This document shows, one piece after another, positions 44,311 through 53,351 of a DNA stretch of 64,000 nucleotides. The DNA is taken from NCBI GenBank assembly GCA_963674825.1, contig OY771587.1, forward strand, positions 2,560,001 to 2,624,000. Direction: 5' to 3'. A program made the translations under genes and the position numbers. The notes under the pieces are model-generated. The model had not been told where the DNA came from, made no database searches, and saw only the letters and a program-made list of their open reading frames with translations. This DNA is from Candidatus Cloacimonadales bacterium (GTDB lineage Bacteria > Cloacimonadota > Cloacimonadia > Cloacimonadales > JAIOQZ01). Each line of letters starts with the position of its first letter. The stretch's first letter is position 1.

Positions 44311-45324
44311 TTGAATCGAATTATCGGAACGGTTATCCTTGCCGCCGGCAAGGGCACACGCATGAATTCTAGTCGCGCCAAGGTACTTTTCGAACTTGGC
44401 GAGAAACCGCTGATAAAACATGTTGTAGATACATCTCAGAAAGTCCAGAGCGACCGCATTGTCGTTGTGGTTGGTTATCGCAAAGACGATGTAACCGCTT
44501 CTCTAGAAGATTATGAAGGGCTTCGTTTTGTTGAACAAAAAACCCAGAATGGAACCGGCCATGCCGTCATGATGGCAAAAGACGAGTTCAATGACGCCGA
44601 GGGCGATGTATTCATCCTCTGCGGTGATGTTCCATTGCTCAAGGCCGAGACGCTTGCGAGCCTGCTCAAGCAGCATCGCGAAACCGAAGCTGCCTGCACC
44701 GTTCTGACCGCTGTGCTGGACGACCCCGCACGCTACGGAAGGATTGTTCGCGATGAGAATGGTAATGTCCACAGCATCGTTGAGTATAAGGACGCAACCG
44801 ACGAACAGCGCAAGATCTGTGAAATCAACACCGGTATCTACTGCTTCGATATCCGGCTGCTGTTCGAAGCGCTCTCCAAGGTCGGTAACACGAATCAGCA
44901 GAACGAATATTACTTGACCGACACGCTGGAGATTTTGCGTACGGAAGGGAATAAGGTCTGCTCGATGATCCTGGATGACATGATGGAATGTGCCGGTGTC
45001 AATTCGCAGAAGCAGCTCGCCGAACTCGAAGATCACTACTATGAAGAGATTCGCGATCACTGGATGACCCACGGCGTGACCATTAAAAATCCCCAGACCG
45101 TCACCATCGGCGACAATGTTCAGATCGAAAACGATGTCGAGATTGGTTCGGGAACCGTGATCAAAGGCAAGACGCTCATCGGAAGCGGATGCCGTATTGG
45201 ACCAGGATGCATCCTGCACGACGCACGCTTGGGTGCGAACTGTGTTCTGCCGGGTCTCAATGTCGTCATCAACACCTACATGAGCCCCGATACGAAGCTC
45301 GATTACAGCGAGGATTTCCGATAG
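44311..45324 (+). CDS. glmU: GlmU-like UDP-GlcNAc pyrophosphorylase, C-terminally truncated
   Basis: ILAAGKGTRM, Q..GTGHAV, GDVPLL, YGRIVR, EINTGIY and EYYLTD motifs, then only a few hexapeptide repeats; TTG 44311 with GAGGAG RBS (alternative ATG 44284). Confidence 0.85.
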   Translation: MNRIIGTVILAAGKGTRMNSSRAKVLFELGEKPLIKHVVDTSQKVQSDRIVVVVGYRKDDVTASLEDYEGLRFVEQKTQNGTGHAVMMAKDEFNDAEGDVFILCGDVPLLKAETLASLLKQHRETEAACTVLTAVLDDPARYGRIVRDENGNVHSIVEYKDATDEQRKICEINTGIYCFDIRLLFEALSKVGNTNQQNEYYLTDTLEILRTEGNKVCSMILDDMMECAGVNSQKQLAELEDHYYEEIRDHWMTHGVTIKNPQTVTIGDNVQIENDVEIGSGTVIKGKTLIGSGCRIGPGCILHDARLGANCVLPGLNVVINTYMSPDTKLDYSEDFR

Positions 45325-45325
45325 C

Positions 45326-45829
45326 ATGTCCGATATCCTTTATGCTCCCTGGCGCATTGAATACATCTTATCCGAGAAGGAGAAGCGGTGTATCTTCTGC
45401 ATCGAAAAGCCGGGTACGGACGAGTATGATCGGAAACACCTGATTCTGCATCGGGCTGAGCATTGCTTCGTAATCATGAACATGTATCCGTACAACAACG
45501 GTCACCTGATGGTTGTGCCATATCGCCATGTATCAACGATGCAAGGGCTTACGGATGAGGAGATTGCGAATCTTTTCCAGACTGTGAAGCTTGCCGAACG
45601 AATCCTGAGCGAAGGATTTCATTCGGATGGTATGAACATCGGCATGAACCTTGGTAAAGCCGCCGGAGCTGGTGTGGATGAGCATATTCATGTGCATATT
45701 TTGCCGCGCTGGTTTGGCGATAGTAATTTCATGACTACGATCGGTGGTGCGAGGGTGATTCCTGAGAGCTTTGAAACCGCGTATCATCGCTTGAAAGAAC
45801 AATTTGACAAGCTGTTGGGGGGTCAATAA
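45326..45829 (+). CDS. HIT family protein (Ap4A phosphorylase-like)
   Basis: LYAPWR, CIFC, NMYPYNNGH, NLGKAAGAG and HIHVHILPRW motifs. Confidence 0.92.
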   Translation: MSDILYAPWRIEYILSEKEKRCIFCIEKPGTDEYDRKHLILHRAEHCFVIMNMYPYNNGHLMVVPYRHVSTMQGLTDEEIANLFQTVKLAERILSEGFHSDGMNIGMNLGKAAGAGVDEHIHVHILPRWFGDSNFMTTIGGARVIPESFETAYHRLKEQFDKLLGGQ

Positions 45830-45830
45830 T

Positions 45831-46253
45831 TTGTCACCCGCAAAGAGAATTCGCATCTGGGTCGGGCTGTCGCTTCTAGTCGTGATTGCCGTGGCGATTG
45901 TTTCACTGATGGTGATACCTCCGCGCGTCAGGGCGAAAGAGGCTGCTGAAGCGGAAAAGAACCTACCGCCGATCCGTATTGAATTACTTAATGGATGCGG
46001 AATTCCTGATGTCGCTCGCAAAGTTAGAGATAACTTCATCGAGTACAACATCGATGTTATTCGTTTCGGAAATGCAAAAAAATATATCTACAATAAGTCG
46101 ATCATCGTTGTTCGCCAAGACGAAAAGGATGATCTGGAGAGGCTGAAGACTAAGACTGGAATCGATCAGGTGGTGTATGCGCTGGACGAACTCGCGGACG
46201 CACCGTTTCAGATTATCATCGGCGATGATTACGAACGATTCCTGAAGAAATAA
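45831..46253 (+). CDS. LytR C-terminal domain membrane protein
   Basis: N-terminal TM helix, IELLNGCGIPDVA, GNA and IIIGDD motifs; upstream of rsfS. Confidence 0.75.
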   Translation: MSPAKRIRIWVGLSLLVVIAVAIVSLMVIPPRVRAKEAAEAEKNLPPIRIELLNGCGIPDVARKVRDNFIEYNIDVIRFGNAKKYIYNKSIIVVRQDEKDDLERLKTKTGIDQVVYALDELADAPFQIIIGDDYERFLKK

Positions 46254-46266
46254 CAACAGGGGCTAT

Positions 46267-46632
46267 ATGGATTATTCAGCAAAAGAATTGCTTGATTTTC
46301 TCACGGAAACCATACAGGAAAAAAAAGCGGACAATATCGAACAGATCGACGTCAGTGAGAAATCGGGTTATACGGATTATCTCTTGATTTGCACCGGCAA
46401 CAGCGACCTGCATGTTCGCGCGATTGCGGACTGGCTGCTCCACGAAACAAAGGGCAAACCATACCAGCTTCTCGGTAAAGAGGGCTTCGAGAGCCTTAGT
46501 TGGGTATTGATCGATTTCGGTATGGTGATCGTCCACATATTCCGTGAAGAGACCAGAAAGTATTACGATCTTGAGGATATCTGGAGAAAGAATTCAGCAG
46601 AAATTAAAAAGATTGAGACGAACAATGATTAA
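46267..46632 (+). CDS. rsfS: Ribosome silencing factor
   Basis: EKKADNI, DYLLICTG and WVLIDFG..IVHIF...R.YYDLE..W motifs. Confidence 0.95.
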   Translation: MDYSAKELLDFLTETIQEKKADNIEQIDVSEKSGYTDYLLICTGNSDLHVRAIADWLLHETKGKPYQLLGKEGFESLSWVLIDFGMVIVHIFREETRKYYDLEDIWRKNSAEIKKIETNND

Positions 46633-48277
46633 AGAAAAAATCAGTCAGGATATACAAGCTGCGGCGGAATCACTAGGGTTGAAGATCAATCCGGAATTCA
46701 ACATGGAGATTCCGAATAATGTCGATTTCGGTGACTACTCGAGCAACGTCGCGATGGTCAGTGCCAAGCTGAACAAGGCCAAGCCGCGCGAGATGGCAGA
46801 AAAGATCGCCGAATCTCTCCAGAAAAAGCGCTATTACCGCTCGGTGGAAGTGGCAGGTCCTGGATTCATCAACTTCAAGTTGGCGAACTCCGTTTTCCAG
46901 AGCGAGCTCCAGCAGATCGTCGAAAATCCGGAAGATTTCGGAAAAGTCGATCATGGCAAGGATTCAAAGATTCTGATCGAGTTCATCAGCGCTAATCCGA
47001 CTGGACCGCTCAACATCGTGAGCGCGCGTGCCGCCGCATACGGCGATACACTTTACCGTGTGATGAAATATACCGGCTACCATCCGGTTCGCGAATATTA
47101 TAATAACGACGCCGGAAACCAGGTCGATATCCTGGCTGAATCGGTTGAGCTCCGTTACCGTGAGCTTCATGAAGAAAATATTGGGGAATTCCCCGTTGAA
47201 GCCTATCATGGCGAATATATCAAGGATATCGCTGCCAAGCTCAACGCAGTGGAAGGATCCAAGTTGCTGCACGTCTCCGAGCGTGATCGCCTTCAGAAGA
47301 TGAAGGAATTCGCGCTGCAGGAGATTCACGAGATGCAGACTAACAGTCTGGAACGCTTCGGTGTGGAATTCGACAGCTGGGTTTCGGAAAAGAACCTTCG
47401 CGCACAGGGTGTTGTGGAAGAGGTTCTCAGCTTCCTCGCGGAAGCAGGTTGTACGTTCGAGATGGATGAAGCCGTATGGTTTGCATCCAGCAAGTTTGGT
47501 GACGAAAAAGACCGCGTTTTAATGAAAAGCGACGGCAGTATCACCTACATTGTACCGGATGTCGCGTATCACCTTACCAAATACCAGCGTGGATTTGACG
47601 TGATGATCGACGTACTGGGGCCGGACCATCATGGTTACGTGCCAAGGCTGAAGGCTGCGATCAAAGCGCTCGAATATGATGAGAGCCGACTCGAAGTGGT
47701 CTTCCTGCAACAGGTCAACCTCTTCTTCGAGGGCGAACGAGTCAAGATGTCCAAGCGCGAGGGTCGCATCATTACCATGGACGACCTCATCGACGAAGTG
47801 GGCAAAGACGCGGCACGGTTTTTCTTCATCAACCGTCGCCCGAGCGCGCACTTGAATTTTGACCTTGAACTCGCCAAGAAGCAATCCAGCGAAAACCCGG
47901 TGTACTACTGCCAGTATGCTCATGCGCGTATCAGCAGCATTATCAAGAAGGCGAAGAAAGAGAAGATCACGCTTCAAAAATTCGACGTGAAAGAGCTTCG
48001 TAAACTGGATAAACCGGATGAAATCCTGATGATCAAGAAGATGCTGGAATTTTCCAATATCCTGATCGCGATTTCGGAAACCCGCGAACCGCATCGTCTA
48101 GCGGACTTCGTCACCGAACTGGCGGGTATGTTCCATAAATACTATCAGAAATATACCATTGTGAACGAGAAATCGAAGGAGCTCTCCCAGGCACGCCTTT
48201 ACCTCATTACCGCGGTGAAGAATGTTCTTCGACTGGCGCTTGATCTGATGGGAATCTCCGCTCCGGAAAAGATGTAA
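46625..48277 (+). CDS. argS: Arginine--tRNA ligase
   Basis: FGDYSSN, AGPGFINF, EFISANPTGPL, DHHGY, KMSKR and NPVYYCQYAHAR motifs; ends APEKM. Confidence 0.97.
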   Translation: MIKEKISQDIQAAAESLGLKINPEFNMEIPNNVDFGDYSSNVAMVSAKLNKAKPREMAEKIAESLQKKRYYRSVEVAGPGFINFKLANSVFQSELQQIVENPEDFGKVDHGKDSKILIEFISANPTGPLNIVSARAAAYGDTLYRVMKYTGYHPVREYYNNDAGNQVDILAESVELRYRELHEENIGEFPVEAYHGEYIKDIAAKLNAVEGSKLLHVSERDRLQKMKEFALQEIHEMQTNSLERFGVEFDSWVSEKNLRAQGVVEEVLSFLAEAGCTFEMDEAVWFASSKFGDEKDRVLMKSDGSITYIVPDVAYHLTKYQRGFDVMIDVLGPDHHGYVPRLKAAIKALEYDESRLEVVFLQQVNLFFEGERVKMSKREGRIITMDDLIDEVGKDAARFFFINRRPSAHLNFDLELAKKQSSENPVYYCQYAHARISSIIKKAKKEKITLQKFDVKELRKLDKPDEILMIKKMLEFSNILIAISETREPHRLADFVTELAGMFHKYYQKYTIVNEKSKELSQARLYLITAVKNVLRLALDLMGISAPEKM

Positions 48278-48301
48278 TCACAATGTGTTAGTATAAACTT
48301 C

Positions 48302-48331
48302 AAAAAGCTGTCGCAAGGCAGCTTTTTTTTT
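48302..48331 (+). terminator. Intrinsic terminator after argS
   Basis: AAAAAGCTGTC-GCAA-GGCAGC followed by T9. Confidence 0.9.
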
Positions 48332-48423
48332 CACGTGCCCAGAACGCTATTTCCACAATGTTTTTCGTAGCGTATGGCACCGGGCACTCAGGGATATCTG
48401 CCAAGACAGTAAAGAGGTAATCA

Positions 48424-48921
48424 ATGAAACGAATCATCGTGATGTCCGATACGCACGGCAACCAAAAGTTGCTTCGCAAACCGTTTATGCTGGAAAGCCA
48501 GTACGACATGATTATTCATCTCGGCGATAACTACGAGGATATACAGGAAAATTTCGACCTGTATGAGGACGCGATTCTGTTACGCGTCCCGGGTATTTTC
48601 CATCCGCGATACCGAGACCAATCGCTTCCGGCGATCATGCATACGGATGTCGAGGGTTGGATGATCGGCCTTGTGCATAATCTGGAAGATTATTTCAAGC
48701 AGAAAAGTCGTGGTGATATCGTGCTGCACGGCCATACACATCACAGCGAGATCCAGGATGATGGTGAAACGATTTACGCAAATCCCGGGCATCTCAAGAG
48801 CGAATTCGATCGCAATCGCGAGCCCAGCTACATGGTTATCGATCTCACACCCGAAGCTGCTCAGCTTACTGTGAAGTCGCTGCGCGGAGATGTCTTGCAG
48901 GAAGGGAGGAAAAAGCGATGA
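48424..48921 (+). CDS. Metallophosphoesterase (YfcE/YsnB family)
   Basis: MSDTHG, HLGD, HGHTH and NPG motifs. Confidence 0.85.
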   Translation: MKRIIVMSDTHGNQKLLRKPFMLESQYDMIIHLGDNYEDIQENFDLYEDAILLRVPGIFHPRYRDQSLPAIMHTDVEGWMIGLVHNLEDYFKQKSRGDIVLHGHTHHSEIQDDGETIYANPGHLKSEFDRNREPSYMVIDLTPEAAQLTVKSLRGDVLQEGRKKR

Positions 48922-49406
48922 TACCGATGGTCATAGTTGCCGCGAATCCTGAGGGCTGGCGGTCTGTGCTGGTTACGGCGATCTTTGTGATTGCCGGTGC
49001 GCTGATCATCTACCTCTTTTTCGCTCGAAGGAGATTCTCGCGTCCGGTGAACACCTACCCGTTCCGCAAACTCGCTCCCGAGCTGGCTTTCTATTCGCAT
49101 CTGGTCAATATCGAACTGGGGCACGAGCCACCGAAAATCAAGGTGCTGGAAGGCCATTTCCACCAGTTTTTACGGGATAAATACCGAATCGACAAGCGCG
49201 AGGATATCTTCCAGGGCGTTGCGGAATCGGAAGAAAACCCGCGCATAATTGAGCTTTACGGCGAGATACACAAGACCATCGAATCGCTTCAGCAAGCTCC
49301 GCCAGACGCGGTGATCAACTACACGAAGGAGCTGAAGAAGCTCATAAATCCAGCCGTTCACACCGAAACGGACAAAAACGAACAAGACGATTGCAACACA
49401 TGCTGA
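48918..49406 (+). CDS. Hypothetical single-pass membrane protein
   Basis: ATGA overlap with previous gene, GGAGG RBS, one hydrophobic helix. Confidence 0.6.
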   Translation: MIPMVIVAANPEGWRSVLVTAIFVIAGALIIYLFFARRRFSRPVNTYPFRKLAPELAFYSHLVNIELGHEPPKIKVLEGHFHQFLRDKYRIDKREDIFQGVAESEENPRIIELYGEIHKTIESLQQAPPDAVINYTKELKKLINPAVHTETDKNEQDDCNTC

Positions 49407-49448
49407 CGCTATGCGTTATTTGGTTAAAATACAGAATCAGGAGGATTC

Positions 49449-50435
49449 ATGACGATCGAGGAAATTAATCAGAACGTGATGGAGAATAGCCAGGTGCTCG
49501 ATCGGGTTTTCTCGGAAGTTCGCAAAGTCATCGTGGGTCAGGACTACATGATCCGCTGCATGATGATCGGACTTCTTGCCAACGGCCACATCCTGCTTGA
49601 GGGTGTCCCCGGCCTTGCAAAAACCCTTTCAGTAACCACGCTTGCCGGCGCGCTCGACGCCAGCTTCAAACGTATTCAGTTCACGCCCGATCTGCTTCCA
49701 GCCGACCTGGTCGGAACCATGATCTTCAATCTCAAGACCAGCGAATTCAGCCCCAAGATGGGACCCATATTCGCCAACTTCATTCTGGCGGACGAAATCA
49801 ATCGTGCTCCCGCCAAGGTGCAGTCGGCCCTTCTGGAAGCGATGCAGGAACGTCAGGTGACCATCAGCGATACCACGCACGAGCTTCCCAAGCCCTTTCT
49901 GGTGATGGCGACGCAGAATCCCATCGAACAGGAAGGAACCTTCCCGCTTCCCGAAGCACAGGTTGATCGCTTCATGCTCAAGCTGCTGGTGACTTATCCC
50001 AGCCGCGACGAAGAACGCCAGATTATGGAACGCATGGTACGTGCGGAAAAAATTCCGGTTGAGAAGGTGCTTGATCCCAAGGAAATTATCGCGCTGCGCG
50101 ACCTGGTCAAGGACATCTACATGGAAGATAAGGTGAAGGAGTACATTCTGGATCTCGTGTTTGCCACGCGTGAACCGAAGAAATTCAAGAACCTCGCCGA
50201 ACTGGAAAATCTGGTGGAATGCGGCGCTTCTCCGCGCGCGGGAATCTACCTCGCGCAGGCTGCCAAGGCACACGCCATGCTTGAACATCGCGGCTATGTG
50301 ACGCCGGACGATGTGAAGGCGATCGGCAAGGATGTTCTGCGTCATCGCATCATCCTCACATACGAAGCGGAAGCAGAGCAAATCACGCAGGAAGAAATTG
50401 TTCAAAAACTTTTCGACGAAATCGAAGTTCCTTAG
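49449..50435 (+). CDS. moxR: MoxR-family AAA+ ATPase
   Basis: LLEGVPGLAKT, RIQFTPDLLPAD, DEINRAPAKVQSALLEAMQE and ATQNPIEQEGT motifs. Confidence 0.96.
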   Translation: MTIEEINQNVMENSQVLDRVFSEVRKVIVGQDYMIRCMMIGLLANGHILLEGVPGLAKTLSVTTLAGALDASFKRIQFTPDLLPADLVGTMIFNLKTSEFSPKMGPIFANFILADEINRAPAKVQSALLEAMQERQVTISDTTHELPKPFLVMATQNPIEQEGTFPLPEAQVDRFMLKLLVTYPSRDEERQIMERMVRAEKIPVEKVLDPKEIIALRDLVKDIYMEDKVKEYILDLVFATREPKKFKNLAELENLVECGASPRAGIYLAQAAKAHAMLEHRGYVTPDDVKAIGKDVLRHRIILTYEAEAEQITQEEIVQKLFDEIEVP

Positions 50436-50447
50436 ACGTAACGGCTT

Positions 50448-51323
50448 ATGGATACATCGGAAATTTTAAAGAAGATCCGCAAGATCGAAATCTCTACTCG
50501 CAGCATGGCCAACGAGCTTTTCTCGGGTGAATACCATTCCCTGTTCAAAGGGCAGGGCCTGGAATTTTCCGAGGTGCGCGAGTATCAGGAAGGTGATAGC
50601 TATCGCCAGATAGACTGGAATGTCTCGGCACGAATGCGGAGCCCATACATCAAGAAGTTCGAAGAGACGCGCGAGCTTAACGTGATCTTTCTCGTTGATG
50701 GCAGCGCTTCAACCCTATTCGGGACCCGTGGTGCACTCAAGTCGGAGTATATCACTGAAGTAACTGCGGTTCTCTCCTTCTCCGCGCTTTCGAACAACGA
50801 CAAGGTGGGGCTTCTGCTTTTCACCGACGAGATCGAGAAGTACATTCCGCCACGCAAGGGCAAGAAGACAGCGCTTAGAATCCTGCGCGACATCCTCTAC
50901 TTCGAGCCCCAGAGCGGCGGAACCGATCTGCGTCAGGCTGCCGAGTATGTTTACAGGCTGGTCAAGAAGCACAGCATCATCTTCGTGATCTCGGATTTCC
51001 TGGCCGATGGCTATGACAACGCGCTCAAGATTCTGGCGAAGAAACACGACGTGATCGGTATCCGTGTTCTCGACCCGGCGGAAGAAGAACTTCCCGACGC
51101 CGGCCTGATCTCGGTACGCGATCCTGAAACGGGCGAGATATTCACGGTCAACAGCTCATCTACACGTGTTAGAAATCGCTACAAGCAACTTACCGAAAAG
51201 CGCGATGTCGAGCTGAAGGAGCGCTTCAAGCGGATGAAGATCGACCTGGTCGATCTGCGGACAGACAAGCCTTATGCCAAGGAGCTAATGCAGTTCTTCA
51301 AACTGCGTCAGAAACGGAAATGA
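50448..51323 (+). CDS. DUF58 (vWA-like) protein
   Basis: GQGLEFSEVREY, IDWNVSAR, DGSAS and ISDF motifs; follows moxR. Confidence 0.93.
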   Translation: MDTSEILKKIRKIEISTRSMANELFSGEYHSLFKGQGLEFSEVREYQEGDSYRQIDWNVSARMRSPYIKKFEETRELNVIFLVDGSASTLFGTRGALKSEYITEVTAVLSFSALSNNDKVGLLLFTDEIEKYIPPRKGKKTALRILRDILYFEPQSGGTDLRQAAEYVYRLVKKHSIIFVISDFLADGYDNALKILAKKHDVIGIRVLDPAEEELPDAGLISVRDPETGEIFTVNSSSTRVRNRYKQLTEKRDVELKERFKRMKIDLVDLRTDKPYAKELMQFFKLRQKRK

Positions 51324-52252
51324 CTATGCGGTTTAAATCTCTGATACTAATCATGTTAACGGCAATCACTGTGTTGGGTGCCCAGACGCTTACCCAGCAG
51401 CAGGAGATACCGGTTGAAGTCTATATCGGTACGCCGGTAAAGCTCCATATCGAAATCGCGTCCTCAGTAGGCGACAGCATTTACGCGCCTATGATCGACA
51501 CGGTCGGTGTCTTTCAAATCATCGACCGACAGCACTTCGAAGAGACCGAGGGCGAGACACAGCACACGCTGATTGATCTCACCATTGCCGCCAAAGAGCC
51601 GGGAGAACATACCTTCCCGCCGCTCGAATACACACTCGACACACGCTCGGGCCAGAAGAAGCTGCATACCGAACCTTTCGAGATCGGCGTCCGCAGTATG
51701 CTGGCTGATAGCAGCAACGTCGTCCGCGACATCTCCGATCCTCTTATGATCTATCCCGGGTTCTGGGATATCTTTCTGCCACTTTTCGCACTGGCGCTCC
51801 TAATTACCGGATTGGTATTTCTAATCCGCTATTTGAAGAAACGCCCGCAGAAGGAAGCGGCTCCCGAAAAGCCGAAAGATCGGCGACCGGCGTACATCAT
51901 TGCGCTGGAGATGCTCGAAACGCTCCGTATGCAGAAGATGCCGGATCACGGAAAATTCCTCGAATACTACTTTGAGGTGACGATGATCCTGCGTTACTTC
52001 ATCGAGCGTTATTACAGCATCAAGGCAATGGAGATGACCACGCGCGAGATCCGCGAAAATCTGGTGCTGAAAGATCATAAGGAGAAGAGCGAGATACTCT
52101 ACTTCCTCGACGGCGCTGACCGTATCAAGTATGCAAAAGGCGAAAGCTCCTACAAGGCGTGTATGGATTCGGAGAAGTGGCTGGAGGAATATCTGAAGTC
52201 GTTTGAGCACCGGACGAAACAGGCCGAGGTCCAGGAGGCGCAAGATGTTTGA
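51320..52252 (+). CDS. Bat-operon membrane protein (BatD-like Ig domain + TM)
   Basis: Signal peptide, Ig-like domain, TM helix, LR.FIE..Y...AMEMTT.EI and AD..KYAK motifs; lies between DUF58 and batA. Confidence 0.75.
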   Translation: MTMRFKSLILIMLTAITVLGAQTLTQQQEIPVEVYIGTPVKLHIEIASSVGDSIYAPMIDTVGVFQIIDRQHFEETEGETQHTLIDLTIAAKEPGEHTFPPLEYTLDTRSGQKKLHTEPFEIGVRSMLADSSNVVRDISDPLMIYPGFWDIFLPLFALALLITGLVFLIRYLKKRPQKEAAPEKPKDRRPAYIIALEMLETLRMQKMPDHGKFLEYYFEVTMILRYFIERYYSIKAMEMTTREIRENLVLKDHKEKSEILYFLDGADRIKYAKGESSYKACMDSEKWLEEYLKSFEHRTKQAEVQEAQDV

Positions 52253-53237
52253 GTTTGGAAATCCAGTCTGGTTCTGGCTTCTGCTGATTGTTCCGCTCTA
52301 CCTGGCGTATGAAATCTTCTATAAAAGCCGCAAGGTGGTTCGCATCATTCATCCGTCGGTGAAGCTCCTCAAGGAAGCTTCCGGTCACAGTAACCTGATG
52401 CGCTTTCTGTCCATCGTGCTTCGCACCATCATCATCATTCTACTGGTTACAGCGCTGGCACGGCCACGGTTCAAGAACAAACAGACCGAGATCGTGGGTC
52501 GTGGAATCGACATCATGCTTGCGATCGATGTCTCGGGTAGTATGCATGCCATCGACTTCCAACCGGAGAATCGCCTCGAGGCAGCCAAGAAGGTTGCCAG
52601 TGAATTCATCCAGAAGCGTCCGAACGACCGCATCGGTATTGTGACGTTCGCTGAGAACGCCTTCACCAAGTGTCCGCTCACGCTCGACTATCGCATCCTG
52701 AAAATGACCATGGACAACATCAAGATCGACGACAGCGCGAATGGAACTGCGATCGGTCTGGGGCTTGGCCAGGCCGTGGCAAGGCTGGAAAAGTCAGACG
52801 CGAAATCAAAGGTAGTGATCCTGATCACGGACGGCCGTAACAACACCGGCGAGATCGAACCGCTTGACGCAGCCGAACTGGCGAAGATCTACGATATCAA
52901 GGTCTATCCGATTGGCGTTGGCAGTCAGGGAGTTGTGGAATTTCCGTACAAGGATTCCTGGGGACGCACCCGTTATCAGAAGGGTCGCAGCGATGTCGAT
53001 ATGGAGACACTGGACCAGATAGCACAGATAACCGGTACCCGCAAGGCTCGCCGGGCACATAACACGAAGGAACTGGAGCAGATCGTCGAACTGATCGATA
53101 GCATGGAGAAGAGCACGGTAAAGGTCAACACGTACTACCACCACCGCGAACTCTTCGGCATTGTGCTGATTATGGCGATGGCATTCTTGATTGCGGAAGC
53201 GGCATTCCGGTTCCTCTTGAGAAAAGAGATACCATGA
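52245..53237 (+). CDS. batA: vWA-domain protein BatA
   Basis: F.NP.WFWLL, ALARP, MIDAS DVSGSM, NRLEAAK, GTAIG and ILITDG motifs. Confidence 0.88.
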   Translation: MFEFGNPVWFWLLLIVPLYLAYEIFYKSRKVVRIIHPSVKLLKEASGHSNLMRFLSIVLRTIIIILLVTALARPRFKNKQTEIVGRGIDIMLAIDVSGSMHAIDFQPENRLEAAKKVASEFIQKRPNDRIGIVTFAENAFTKCPLTLDYRILKMTMDNIKIDDSANGTAIGLGLGQAVARLEKSDAKSKVVILITDGRNNTGEIEPLDAAELAKIYDIKVYPIGVGSQGVVEFPYKDSWGRTRYQKGRSDVDMETLDQIAQITGTRKARRAHNTKELEQIVELIDSMEKSTVKVNTYYHHRELFGIVLIMAMAFLIAEAAFRFLLRKEIP

Positions 53238-53261
53238 GAAATCCAGCATTTGCCACAAAGG

Positions 53262-53335
53262 GTCTCATCCCGGGCGGTGTCTATGTCACCCTGAGCGGAG
53301 TCGAAGGGTCAGACGCGCCTCGAGGGAGGAATCTC
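53262..53335. repeat. Nested REP-like palindrome (CGTC/TGTC-type) between batA and batB
   Basis: Inner TGTCACCCTGAGCGGAGTCGAAGGGT (53284-53309), flanked by TCATCCCGGGCGGTGTCT and AGACGCGCCTCGAGGGAGGAATCTC. Confidence 0.6.
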
Positions 53336-53351
53336 ACGTCAAGGAGTTCAC

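Noticed and set aside
45322..45330. Stop-codon readthrough or frameshift restoring full-length GlmU
   Set aside because: The downstream sequence is a complete HIT gene with no hexapeptide repeats
48335..48387. Imperfect hairpin GTGCC..ACGCTA / TAGCGT..GGCAC upstream of the phosphoesterase gene
   Set aside because: Short stems with a large loop and no match to a riboswitch I recognise; could be chance
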